From assembly GCA_963666835.2 (NCBI GenBank), contig CAXXGO010000006.1, positions 1,696,001 through 1,760,000 on the forward strand: a DNA stretch of 64,000 nt. The letters run 5' to 3'. Positions 30,786 through 39,139 of this stretch are shown here, piece after piece. The first letter of the stretch is position 1; the number at the start of each line of letters is the position of its first letter. Below the pieces are notes generated by a model. That model worked only from the letters and a program-made list of their open reading frames with translations, made no database searches and was not told where the DNA came from. The stretch comes from Phycisphaerae bacterium (GTDB lineage: Bacteria; Planctomycetota; Phycisphaerae; UBA1845). The translations under genes were made by a program, and so were the position numbers.

Positions 30786-31361
30786 TCACCCGTCTTCCGA
30801 CTCCGCCGGCGTGCTCTGCGGTGTCTTCTTCTTCAAAAGGGCTCTGCCGCCAAGGATCAACAGGAAGATCGCCCCCAAGCCGATGGCCGGGAAGTGCTTC
30901 TGCAGGAGTGGTTCCTTGTCCGGGCATCGGACCCCGGGAATCTCCAGTTGCGTGCCGTCGGCGAAACCGACGACCACGGTTCTTTTCGTCTCGTGGATGC
31001 CCGCAGGGGTGAGGGCGATAGCGAACTCGAGAGACTCACCCCTTCTAATGGCGGCCGCCGGGGTCTCAGCCGCCCATTGAATGTGCCCGAGCTTGGCCGC
31101 TTCGTAGCGGACGTTGCCGGTCATCTCCGTTGCTTTCCAGCCGTCCGGGGCCAGCGTATCGTTACTGCCGTAGTGGAGGGCTTTGAACGTCGTGATCGGT
31201 TTCGATCCGTTGTTGGTGACCTTCCACACGAAGCGGCGTACGTTGTTCGCCTCCTTGCCGCCCGTCACCTCGACGTCGGCCGCGGTGGCCGGAGTGCTAA
31301 CCGCGAAGGACCCAAACAGTGTAAGCCCGACGGCAGATGCGAATTGCGGAAATCGTCGCAC
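30786..31361 (-). CDS. Exported beta-sandwich protein with C-terminal membrane anchor
   Basis: RBS GGGAGG + GTG; signal peptide ending ATA-A; C-terminal TM followed by KKK. Confidence 0.72.
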   Translation of the reverse strand: MRRFPQFASAVGLTLFGSFAVSTPATAADVEVTGGKEANNVRRFVWKVTNNGSKPITTFKALHYGSNDTLAPDGWKATEMTGNVRYEAAKLGHIQWAAETPAAAIRRGESLEFAIALTPAGIHETKRTVVVGFADGTQLEIPGVRCPDKEPLLQKHFPAIGLGAIFLLILGGRALLKKKTPQSTPAESEDG

Positions 31362-31660
31362 TGGCAAACCTCCCATAATGGCCCGATGCCTGGTGTTTGT
31401 GACGCGTAGACCTTGTGCCGATCCGGCCCCGCACCGACCGGCGACAGTGTATGCGAACTCGGGTAATCCCGCCAACCGCGGCGGTTTGCCGGCTCGCCGA
31501 CGCGGTTTCCCGGGTCCGGGAACTCTGACCCCGGCCGGGTGCCGGGTGCCATGGCCCACGCTCGCGTGGCCATGAAGGTTGGTAATCGCATGAAAGGCTG
31601 TCTCCCGCCGGACGGTAGGATGTCCGTTCGGCGGTCGGGAGGACCAATAGGGAGACGACC

Positions 31661-32848
31661 ATGAAGAAGGACAGAATGGTAGCGCAGATTGGCTTGGATA
31701 GCCACAGGAAGTTCAGCTCGGTGACGGCACGGGGAGAAGACAACAGGATTGTATGGCGGCAGCGTCTCGAGCACTGGAATCGGGACGAGGTACGAGAACG
31801 CCTGCAGTCTTGGCCGGTTGGGACTCCCGTGATTCTCGAGGGGACGTTCGGGTGGGGCTGGTTGGCGGACGAGTTGACCGCGGCGGGGTTGGATCCGCAC
31901 TTGGCATCGAGTCGGAAAGTGGCTGGCTGGCGGGAGGTTCGGGGAATCGCGAAGTCCAACCGGACGGATGCAGATCTGTTGTCGGAGCTGTGGTCGGAGA
32001 AGTCGCGGTGGTGGGAGGTCTGGCTGGCGCCGCGGGCGGTTCGGGACGAGCGAGAACGGATGCGGTACCGAATGAGCTTGGTGCAGATGCAGACGCGGCT
32101 CAAGAATCAGATTCACGCCATCCTGCATCGGCACGGGATCTTGCATGAGTTTTCCGACCTTTTCGGCCGGGCCGGCCGGCGTATGTTGGATGGTCTGGTA
32201 ACGCCGAAGGATGAGACGCTTCGAGCCAGCGCGAAGGCTGCGTTGAAGGGGTATCTGCAATTGCTCGATCATGTGCGTCGCCAGATTGCACGGGTCACGC
32301 GAGAAATTCGCCGGGAGCTCAAGAAGGATCCAAACGGCGAACGCTTGCGTACGATCCCGGGGATTGACGTGGTTTTGGCGTATACGATTCTGGCGGAGAT
32401 CGGACGAATCAGCCGATTCCCAAACCGGAAACACTTGGCTTCGTACGCCTTGTTGGCTCCGCGCGCGGACGACAGCGGTGATGAGGACGATGAGACACCC
32501 AAGGGGCGGCATGTGGGACGGATCGGTCGCCGTACGCTGAAATGGGCGTTTATCGAGGCCGCCCGCGGCGCAGTACGGAAGGATAAGCGTTTTCGGGAGA
32601 TCTTTGACCGACGCACAGACGGGGGGAAGAAGGACCGCAATCGCGGCTACATCACCGTGGCTCACGATTTGACGCGTGTGGTACACGTGATGTGGAAAAA
32701 GGAGATCGACTACATGGACGATCCGCCGGATCGTCCACGGACAGCATCAAAGAAACGCCGTCCGGCAAGAACGGCAAGGAAGCGACTTCGAAAGAAATCT
32801 CGTCCGGGAACGGGCCAGCCCGAGGACCCTATGGTCGTTGCTGTCTGA
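31661..32848 (+). CDS. IS110-family recombinase/transposase
   Basis: RuvC-like IGLDSH, ILEG, KSNRTDA; RLKNQIHAIL; Tnp domain LRTIPGI, LAEIG.ISRF, LAPR..DSG, GRRTLKWAFIEAA. Confidence 0.95.
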   Translation: MKKDRMVAQIGLDSHRKFSSVTARGEDNRIVWRQRLEHWNRDEVRERLQSWPVGTPVILEGTFGWGWLADELTAAGLDPHLASSRKVAGWREVRGIAKSNRTDADLLSELWSEKSRWWEVWLAPRAVRDERERMRYRMSLVQMQTRLKNQIHAILHRHGILHEFSDLFGRAGRRMLDGLVTPKDETLRASAKAALKGYLQLLDHVRRQIARVTREIRRELKKDPNGERLRTIPGIDVVLAYTILAEIGRISRFPNRKHLASYALLAPRADDSGDEDDETPKGRHVGRIGRRTLKWAFIEAARGAVRKDKRFREIFDRRTDGGKKDRNRGYITVAHDLTRVVHVMWKKEIDYMDDPPDRPRTASKKRRPARTARKRLRKKSRPGTGQPEDPMVVAV

Positions 32849-33000
32849 GAAGACGGCTCCAGGCCTCGTAGTAAATGGGCCGCCCGTACCGGACGAGATC
32901 ATGCGACCCCGCGCCCGGTGTCCCATGGTGGCATCGGATCGACATCATGTTGTTATGTCGGCAGGCAAGCGGTAGCGCGAATGGATAGATGGACCGATCG
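32797..33000 (+). ncRNA. Candidate bridge/seek RNA (two stem-internal-loop modules)
   Basis: Stem 32797-32821/32877-32899 encloses GGACCCTA (reverse complement of target TAGGGTCC); a second stem encloses ATGGATA (donor junction). Confidence 0.7.
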
Positions 33001-33374
33001 AGAGATCTAGTCCGAACCGGTACACGGACGAGACAGATACGAGAAAGACACTGGGAAACGCCCGCGGGGTCGGGCTTTCCCGCCTACGGCGGAACTGGGG
33101 GCGCTGCCCCCAGACCCCCGGAGTTTATCGCTTTGGACCAAGAGCAGACTGCAGAACATATGATAAGAGGCGTCCACCAGCTACGATGGACGCCCCTGCC
33201 CTTGACCAGGTCGTCAAGAGTCTGCCCTCGGGTCTTGCGGGCGCTCGGGTCGCACTCCTGCGTTGCCCTACCCTCTCGCAAGACAACGCCAGGATAATCG
33301 GATTGACCCCAATCGAACAGCCCCGTTGCCTGCCGAATCAGCAAGCAGCCGGGCCGAATGGGAATGTTTTATAC

Positions 33375-33399
33375 TTGACCGGGACATGCCTTTCATGGA
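33375..33399 (+). promoter_or_regulatory. Outward -35 of IS circle-junction promoter
   Basis: TTGACC + 17 bp + GA|TAAT once joined to the left end at 31583. Confidence 0.8.
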
Positions 33400-33955
33400 T
33401 AGGGTCCGCTGTGCGGACCACTGGAGTTTGGCACTTAACTAGTTAGCGCGATTGCTCTCCTTTCCGCGTTGGCGCGGCTGAAATCAGCCCGTTCACGCGT
33501 ACGCGATAGGTGGAGCCAGTGCCAGACTCCGTTCCGGGGACTTCGTGATGGACCATGGAGCTGACACGAAGTCGTTTGAACATCCGTCAATCATCTTGCA
33601 TCCCTGTCTCCCATGCTGTTCCGTACCTCAGGGCCCGTCCGTTTTGCCTGCCGAATCACGCCTTCGATCTCTAGTCGCAGGTCAATCGGGAGCGTGCCCG
33701 TTTTTCCGTTAGAGAAACCAGGCTCAAGATGCCGAAACCTGATAATACACGGGAAGTCCGGAATCTTTGCTCGACCCCCGGGCCCAACAGCCAGACTAGC
33801 TCTAGACAAAAAGGGCCAAAGTCCAGGGGTCCGCTGTGCGGACCAACCGACTTCAGGGAAACCGAGGCCCTCGGCCAAGTCAAAGAGGCACGGTCCGCCC
33901 GGTCGATAAGGCGGGGAGGTGCGTAAGGCTCACATGTCCAACTAAGGAGCTCAAC

Positions 33956-34279
33956 ATGTACGCCGCCATGATCTTCCCGGGTAGTGGCCCGCTGGTAATC
34001 CTCACCAGCCACACGGGGCTGGAAGACCCGGACCTGCTCAACCGCTTAGCCGCCAAGGGGATCTACAAGTTCATCGCCTTTCCGGTCCCGATCGAGACGG
34101 TCAAGGCGAAGTACGGCATTCACTTCGACATCGTCTGCAACTCTCTGGAGGAGACCGACGACCTTCGGGTATTGGACTTTGACGGTCGGCGGGCGATGGA
34201 GTTGCTGCCTTTCGACGTGCTGGGCGAGCCGATCTACCACACCGGCACGGTGGCCGCGATGCAGCCGGTACTGATGTGA
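33956..34279 (+). CDS. Conserved-looking small cytosolic hypothetical protein
   Basis: RBS AAGGAG; GSGPLVILTSH, KGIYKFIA, KYG.HF, DLRVLDFDG. Confidence 0.8.
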   Translation: MYAAMIFPGSGPLVILTSHTGLEDPDLLNRLAAKGIYKFIAFPVPIETVKAKYGIHFDIVCNSLEETDDLRVLDFDGRRAMELLPFDVLGEPIYHTGTVAAMQPVLM

Positions 34280-34735
34280 CCGGCGGAGGGCAATCGGGAC
34301 CCGTGTTTGCGGTCGCGGGGGTCGTAGCGCGGTCACGGCGCCGCGCTCGTCATGCTTGACCGTCATCCGGGACGAGAACACGGGCGACCATGTCGCCCCC
34401 TAGCTCTGCGTCGCCTCTCCGAAACGCGGACCCCAAAACGGGCGGTCATTCGAGTACATGACTGGCGTGCGCCGGCTGACCATTCCGGGGCTTGCGGGCT
34501 CGGTTACGTAAGTGGTTCCACCTGCTGCCCGGACCCTCAGTTCCCTTTCACCACACCGCCGGCGCGGGCAAACACCGGCGTAATACAAGTTCTTGCGCAG
34601 TCAGACGGCTTGTTGCGGACGAGCGTATTGACTCCCTTGAGGCGTCAGTTGTGGAATAGGGGAAGTAGTTCGTTCGGATATCGTCGCAGCGCGCTCACCA
34701 AGCGGGCTGCTGGTTTCAAACTCGGAGATCCAACC

Positions 34736-35665
34736 GTGAGAGTAGTCCTTATTCTGAGCATCGTAGCTATTATGTTATCGGCGGGGCACCGTGTGGAAGC
34801 TGGGGTGGCGTTCAGTCGCGACCAAGACGTGATCTACGGGCACGATTACGGCATGGCGCTGACTATGGACGTGTTCACGCCGGAGCGTGACGCGAATGGT
34901 GCGGCCGTGGTCTTTCCCGCAAGCCTGGGGTGGGGTTCGAATCGCCGAGCACTTGAGATGATGCCGGTGACCGAACTGCTCAGCCGAGGGTACACGGTGT
35001 TTGTCGTAATGCACGGGAGCAAACCGAAGTTTACCATAACCGAAGTGATCGAGCACCTACACCGGGCCGTCCGGCACATCCGCTACCACGCGGAGCGGTA
35101 CAAGATCGATCCGGATCGGATCGGGGCTACCGGTGTGTCGTCTGGTTGTCATTTGGCGCTGATCCTCGGAACTGCCGGTCACAAGGGGAAGTCGCATCCG
35201 CGCGATCCGGTGGGGCGAGTCCACAGCGGAGTCCAGGCGGTTGCGTGCTACTTTCCGCCAACGGACTTCCTGAACTACGAAGCGCCTGGCCAGGATGCGA
35301 TCGGACGGGGGGCGCTGGAATACTACCGGTCGTGTTTCGATTTCCATGAGTTCGACAAGAAGGAGAACCGCTTTCAGCGAGTCACGGACGAAAACAAGAT
35401 CAAGGCGATCGGGCGAGACATCTCGCCGATTACCCATGTCTCCGCGGACGACGCCCCGACCCTGCTCATTCATGGCGAAGCCGATATGGTCGTGCCGATC
35501 CGGCAGGCGGAGACGTTCCTCGACAAGCTGGAAGCGGCCGGTGTTTCCGCGAAGTTGGTGGCAAAGCCCGAGGCTACCCATCTCTATGACGGCTGGGAGA
35601 ACGACATGAGCATCCTGGCGGACTGGTTTGACAAGCACCTCGGCACACCATCGAAGACCAAGTGA
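34736..35665 (+). CDS. Exported alpha/beta hydrolase (esterase/lipase)
   Basis: GVSSG nucleophile elbow, IHGEAD, ATH; signal peptide; RBS GGAG. Confidence 0.88.
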   Translation: MRVVLILSIVAIMLSAGHRVEAGVAFSRDQDVIYGHDYGMALTMDVFTPERDANGAAVVFPASLGWGSNRRALEMMPVTELLSRGYTVFVVMHGSKPKFTITEVIEHLHRAVRHIRYHAERYKIDPDRIGATGVSSGCHLALILGTAGHKGKSHPRDPVGRVHSGVQAVACYFPPTDFLNYEAPGQDAIGRGALEYYRSCFDFHEFDKKENRFQRVTDENKIKAIGRDISPITHVSADDAPTLLIHGEADMVVPIRQAETFLDKLEAAGVSAKLVAKPEATHLYDGWENDMSILADWFDKHLGTPSKTK

Positions 35666-35911
35666 GCCCGGGCTGTGGTTGACTCGCACCGTGATGAAAG
35701 CGATCGCGAGCGGATTCACCCGACTCCGTTGCCACGACCGCCCCAAGGGCGGCTCATGTGCTGTTTGGCGCCTTCTCGCGAGTCGGCACCGGTGATGACG
35801 GGGGATACGTATGCCTTGAGGGTGTGACTGCCCGCCGTAAGACGCGACAGGAGCCAGCAATGAATCGGCGCACCGAGCTCGATCTTGATCTTGCTCATCA
35901 CACCTCTCACG

Positions 35912-36931
35912 CTATCCGGTTACCCGCACCACGCATCCCGGCGGCGATTCTTGGTTGATCTCAAAGCCCACGTCGAGAAACGCCGTTATGACGTCGATAT
36001 TCGTCTGGGCATGTCGAGACAGCCCCAGCGTGCGAAACGCTCCACCACCGGCCAGGGCGAGGGGGATAAGTAACTGATCGGTCAGATGCTCGCCGACCGG
36101 AACTCCCTTCGACAGGTAGCCCTGGGCTTCACCGGCCGCTTTGGCCGCGATGCTCTCCGCCCGCACATGCCGCTCGCCGAATCCGGTGACCACTTCGGTT
36201 ACGTGCTCGCTTTCGATTTCTATCGAAACGACGTTGCCCGGCCCGCACGAGTCGGTGACCTCTTCAACGATCAGACGGTCTTTGGTCAGCCCGAGCTTGC
36301 TGCCGATGACGCGCAGCTCGCGCTCCGCGATCTTGCGCGGCAGGTGGGCAACCATGGCCCGCGCCGTGACTCGCTTCATCTCACCTCGTTCGAGCAATTC
36401 GATCGGGACCAACGTCGCCGCTGGGGTGATTGTCACGTGAAACTCACCGCCCCCGGCCGGGTAGTACCCCGGGCGGATAATTGTTGCCTCAATTCTCGGC
36501 CCCATACGGTTGACCAACGGCAGAAACGACTTGACCAGGAAATCAAACGGCGGCGCCCAGGGATTGTGGGTGCCACCCTCCAAACGCAGGGTGGACGGCC
36601 CCTCGGCGCTCAGCAAAGCCGGCAGCACCGCCTGTAGCACGAGCGTGGCACTCCCCGCGGTTCCCACAGCGAAGTGATAGTCGCCGGCCCGAATCTCGCC
36701 GGGATCGAAGGTCAGCTCAGTGCTGCGCAACGACGCTCCGACGACCTTGGCACGTCCGATCTCTGTAGCCGCATTAACGGCCGTCAGATGTTGCCGCAGC
36801 AGCCCGGGCTTCTTGCGCCCGGCGCGGATGTTGTTAATCGTAAATGGCCGCCCGGTGACGAGTGACAGCGCCAAAGAAGTCCGCAACACCTGCCCGCCAC
36901 CTTCGCCTTGAGATCCGTCGATTGTGATCAT
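35912..36931 (-). CDS. rtcA: RNA 3'-terminal phosphate cyclase
   Basis: IDGSQGEGGGQVLRTSL, GLLRQH, GTAGS, GGTHNPWAPP, GYYPAGGG, EHLTDQL. Confidence 0.97.
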   Translation of the reverse strand: MITIDGSQGEGGGQVLRTSLALSLVTGRPFTINNIRAGRKKPGLLRQHLTAVNAATEIGRAKVVGASLRSTELTFDPGEIRAGDYHFAVGTAGSATLVLQAVLPALLSAEGPSTLRLEGGTHNPWAPPFDFLVKSFLPLVNRMGPRIEATIIRPGYYPAGGGEFHVTITPAATLVPIELLERGEMKRVTARAMVAHLPRKIAERELRVIGSKLGLTKDRLIVEEVTDSCGPGNVVSIEIESEHVTEVVTGFGERHVRAESIAAKAAGEAQGYLSKGVPVGEHLTDQLLIPLALAGGGAFRTLGLSRHAQTNIDVITAFLDVGFEINQESPPGCVVRVTG

Positions 36932-37068
36932 GTGTATCTGCCGTAACCACTGCGATTCGCAGTGCTATGCACTGCATCCGCCTCACCAGTCTACCCGCAA
37001 TGGCCCTTGACAGGAACGGCTCAAGACGGCGGGGAAGCCTCCGATTAACCTGTGGGCGCTGCTTGGCA

Positions 37069-37788
37069 CTACGAGTCGAGGAACTTGTTCTGCAACCTAT
37101 CGACTACCCTGTCAGACATTCTGGGTGTGAAATCCGGTGACCTCGTAATGAACATACAGTCGAATGATACGGTTGGCGGTCGGAACTCGTCGCGATTGAA
37201 CATCCGTAAGGGTATCGAGCAGTCGAGTTCCTGTTCGGTGCTGCGCGTACTGTACTCCAGTGATGTGCCGCAGAATCGTCGCAAGTCCAGATAGCCGTCA
37301 GTGTACTTATCCGTCCATCTGTCCATTCCGATCGGGATATCTGGGCAATAGGCAAACACCTCCGGATGCGTCACGTAGTCGATTGAACCGACGAAGTCGC
37401 ACGCGATCGCATACAAGAGGAAGTCGCCCTGCCGGGGATTGAATTCGCAGAGCCGACTCGGACGCAGTGACCGTTCGATCGCGAGGAAATCCGAATAGAA
37501 CCGATAGCAGTCTTGCCCTATACCAAGATCCGCATGCGCGTCCAGATGGTACAAATGTACTGGTGATTGAAGCTCGGCTAGCGCATCGAGTATCTCTTCG
37601 TGCGTTTCAAACACCCGCCCAGGGATCCGCCGGTCAGAATTAAGGCCCAACCAGGTTTGCATGAAATCGACCACTTTTTCCGGACGCCAGGCCTCCACCC
37701 CCTCCGCGCGGCGTCCCGTCCGCACCAAAGGGCCGGTGGGAAGCGGATCGACGAACAGATCGATATCGATGTCCAGTACAGTGATCAT
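37069..37788 (-). CDS. UPF0489-like protein (arginase/deacetylase-like metal motifs)
   Basis: VLDIDIDLF, THEE, HLDAHADLG, ITRSPDFTP; RBS GGAGG. Confidence 0.7.
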   Translation of the reverse strand: MITVLDIDIDLFVDPLPTGPLVRTGRRAEGVEAWRPEKVVDFMQTWLGLNSDRRIPGRVFETHEEILDALAELQSPVHLYHLDAHADLGIGQDCYRFYSDFLAIERSLRPSRLCEFNPRQGDFLLYAIACDFVGSIDYVTHPEVFAYCPDIPIGMDRWTDKYTDGYLDLRRFCGTSLEYSTRSTEQELDCSIPLRMFNRDEFRPPTVSFDCMFITRSPDFTPRMSDRVVDRLQNKFLDS

Positions 37789-37820
37789 ATTGCCTCCGCG
37801 AGAGCCCTCAATCACGCGCA

Positions 37821-37997
37821 TCACCCGTTGTCCTTAATCACGAAACGAGCCCTCAGCTTCGCCACCTCGGTGGCGAGACCGGCCAGTTCCACGGAGTGTA
37901 CCACTTCGTTGAAATCCTTGTACGCCGCTGGGGCCTCGTCTCTGGGATATCGTCGGCAATTCGTCAGAATGTCCCCCGCCTCGAGCTCGGCTTCGAC
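37821..37997 (-). pseudogene. rtcB: 3' remnant of RNA ligase RtcB
   Basis: DEAPAAYKDFNEVV..LATEVAKLRARFVIK matches the RtcB C-terminus; no upstream part. Confidence 0.85.
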
Positions 37998-38177
37998 CGC
38001 GTGCAGCTTGCCGATGTGCTGACGGTATGCCAAGAGTGCGGTACGCTCTCCGAAGCTGGTCGAAGCCTGTTTGCTGCTTCGCGGCAACGGCGGAAGAAGA
38101 CGAACGACGCCGACCGCCTGAGAAAGTACCTCAGCCGCTTTGGTATCCAGTGGTCGGACATCGCCGAGTCGATATGA
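37992..38177 (+). pseudogene. rtcR: 3' remnant of sigma54 activator RtcR (C-terminal HTH)
   Basis: FDRVQLADVLTVC..LSEAGRSLFAASR..NDADRLRKYLSRFGIQW is the typical RtcR C-terminus. Confidence 0.87.
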
Positions 38178-38202
38178 AAGCCCTCTCCCCGGTCGAGCTG
38201 AT

Positions 38203-38871
38203 TCAACCACGTTGACTTCTGAGCTGCGCGAGCTTCCGCTGGAGTGGATGGAGGTACTTCTCCTTGTCTTCGTTGTTTCGGAATCCTATCTCTACCTCAT
38301 GGGCGAGCATCCATTCGAGAGCTTCGATCTGAATCTCGGTCAAGGACCGGTCTTTACGCTCGTCGAGCCAGCTTTCGATGGTGCTGGGGTTGAATAGTCT
38401 CGGCTCGAAGAACATCGGGCGTCCGTGCATCTGGCCATCCTGCCCGGTGCGATAGATGCTGCAAACAAAGTCGTCAGGAAACAGGAAGATCTGATGCTCC
38501 ATGATTGAAAAGCACGCGAGGCGGACTGAACACGGTAACGTCCGGCGGAGACAGATGGACTGCCGATCGTCATCCAGATGTTCAAGTAACTTCGGGAAGG
38601 CGGCCTTACCCAAGGCACGAAGCTGCTCAGCTGCTTCGTATGCAGGGACGCGAGGGTCTGTGGACGGCGTGTCCGGGGCGGGGGTGTAGATCGGCCGATC
38701 TGCCGCCGGTTGCGATGATAACGCCAGTTGCTCGATCAGCGAATCGATGCACTCGAGCTGCGCGGGTGTGCTCCCGCAACCGGCAATGTCTTTGTCCTGC
38801 GGTCCACAACCGGCGGCGAGCATACCGCAAACCACAGCGATAACGGCAGTCAGTCGTAGTCGATCGGTCAT
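38203..38871 (-). CDS. Hypothetical lipoprotein
   Basis: Lipobox LAAG-C; HEAT-like AAEQLRALGKAAFPKLLEHLDD. Confidence 0.72.
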   Translation of the reverse strand: MTDRLRLTAVIAVVCGMLAAGCGPQDKDIAGCGSTPAQLECIDSLIEQLALSSQPAADRPIYTPAPDTPSTDPRVPAYEAAEQLRALGKAAFPKLLEHLDDDRQSICLRRTLPCSVRLACFSIMEHQIFLFPDDFVCSIYRTGQDGQMHGRPMFFEPRLFNPSTIESWLDERKDRSLTEIQIEALEWMLAHEVEIGFRNNEDKEKYLHPLQRKLAQLRSQRG

Positions 38872-39139
38872 AGTATGCCCCGGCCAATCTCCGCTTCCTT
38901 CGTCGCCACGACTCACGTATCATTGGCTGGCGGATTGGGGACGTGCGACATCCCCATTTGCTCCATACTTAATCGTAGTTGTGTCGCTCGCGAACTGCAA
39001 GCAAGGCTTTGGCGTATACATATTGGGAAGAGGCTCATCCAGGCCTGCGCCATTTCCCGTGAGTTATCGCGTCGCAAGTACGTCTCACCGCCTTGCGAGA
39101 ACAGGAGTCTTGCGTATGACACTCTGGTATCCTCGCGAC

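Larger units (their letters stand above)
31583..33399 (+). mobile_element. IS110-family (IS1111-type) element inserted into a GTAG REP
   Basis: Sub-terminal IRs CATGAAAGGC (31589-31598) / GCCTTTCATG (33388-33397); removal restores GGTAGGGTCCGCTGTGCGGACC; long 3' non-coding end. Confidence 0.9.

Noticed and set aside
31265..32686. Long antisense ORFs (473 aa here; also 12421-13791, 21540-22757, 18019-19143)
   Set aside because: Shadow ORFs of well-supported genes in GC-rich DNA.
33420..33950. Possible riboswitch or ncRNA upstream of the 33956 gene
   Set aside because: No recognisable consensus; only one REP2 copy near 33826.
35716..35910. 64-aa ORF directly after rtcA
   Set aside because: Position is suggestive, but it is short and has no recognisable motif; unsupported.
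37821..38210. 129-aa and 93-aa ORFs as intact genes
   Set aside because: Each is a chimera of a gene remnant and the antisense of the other remnant.
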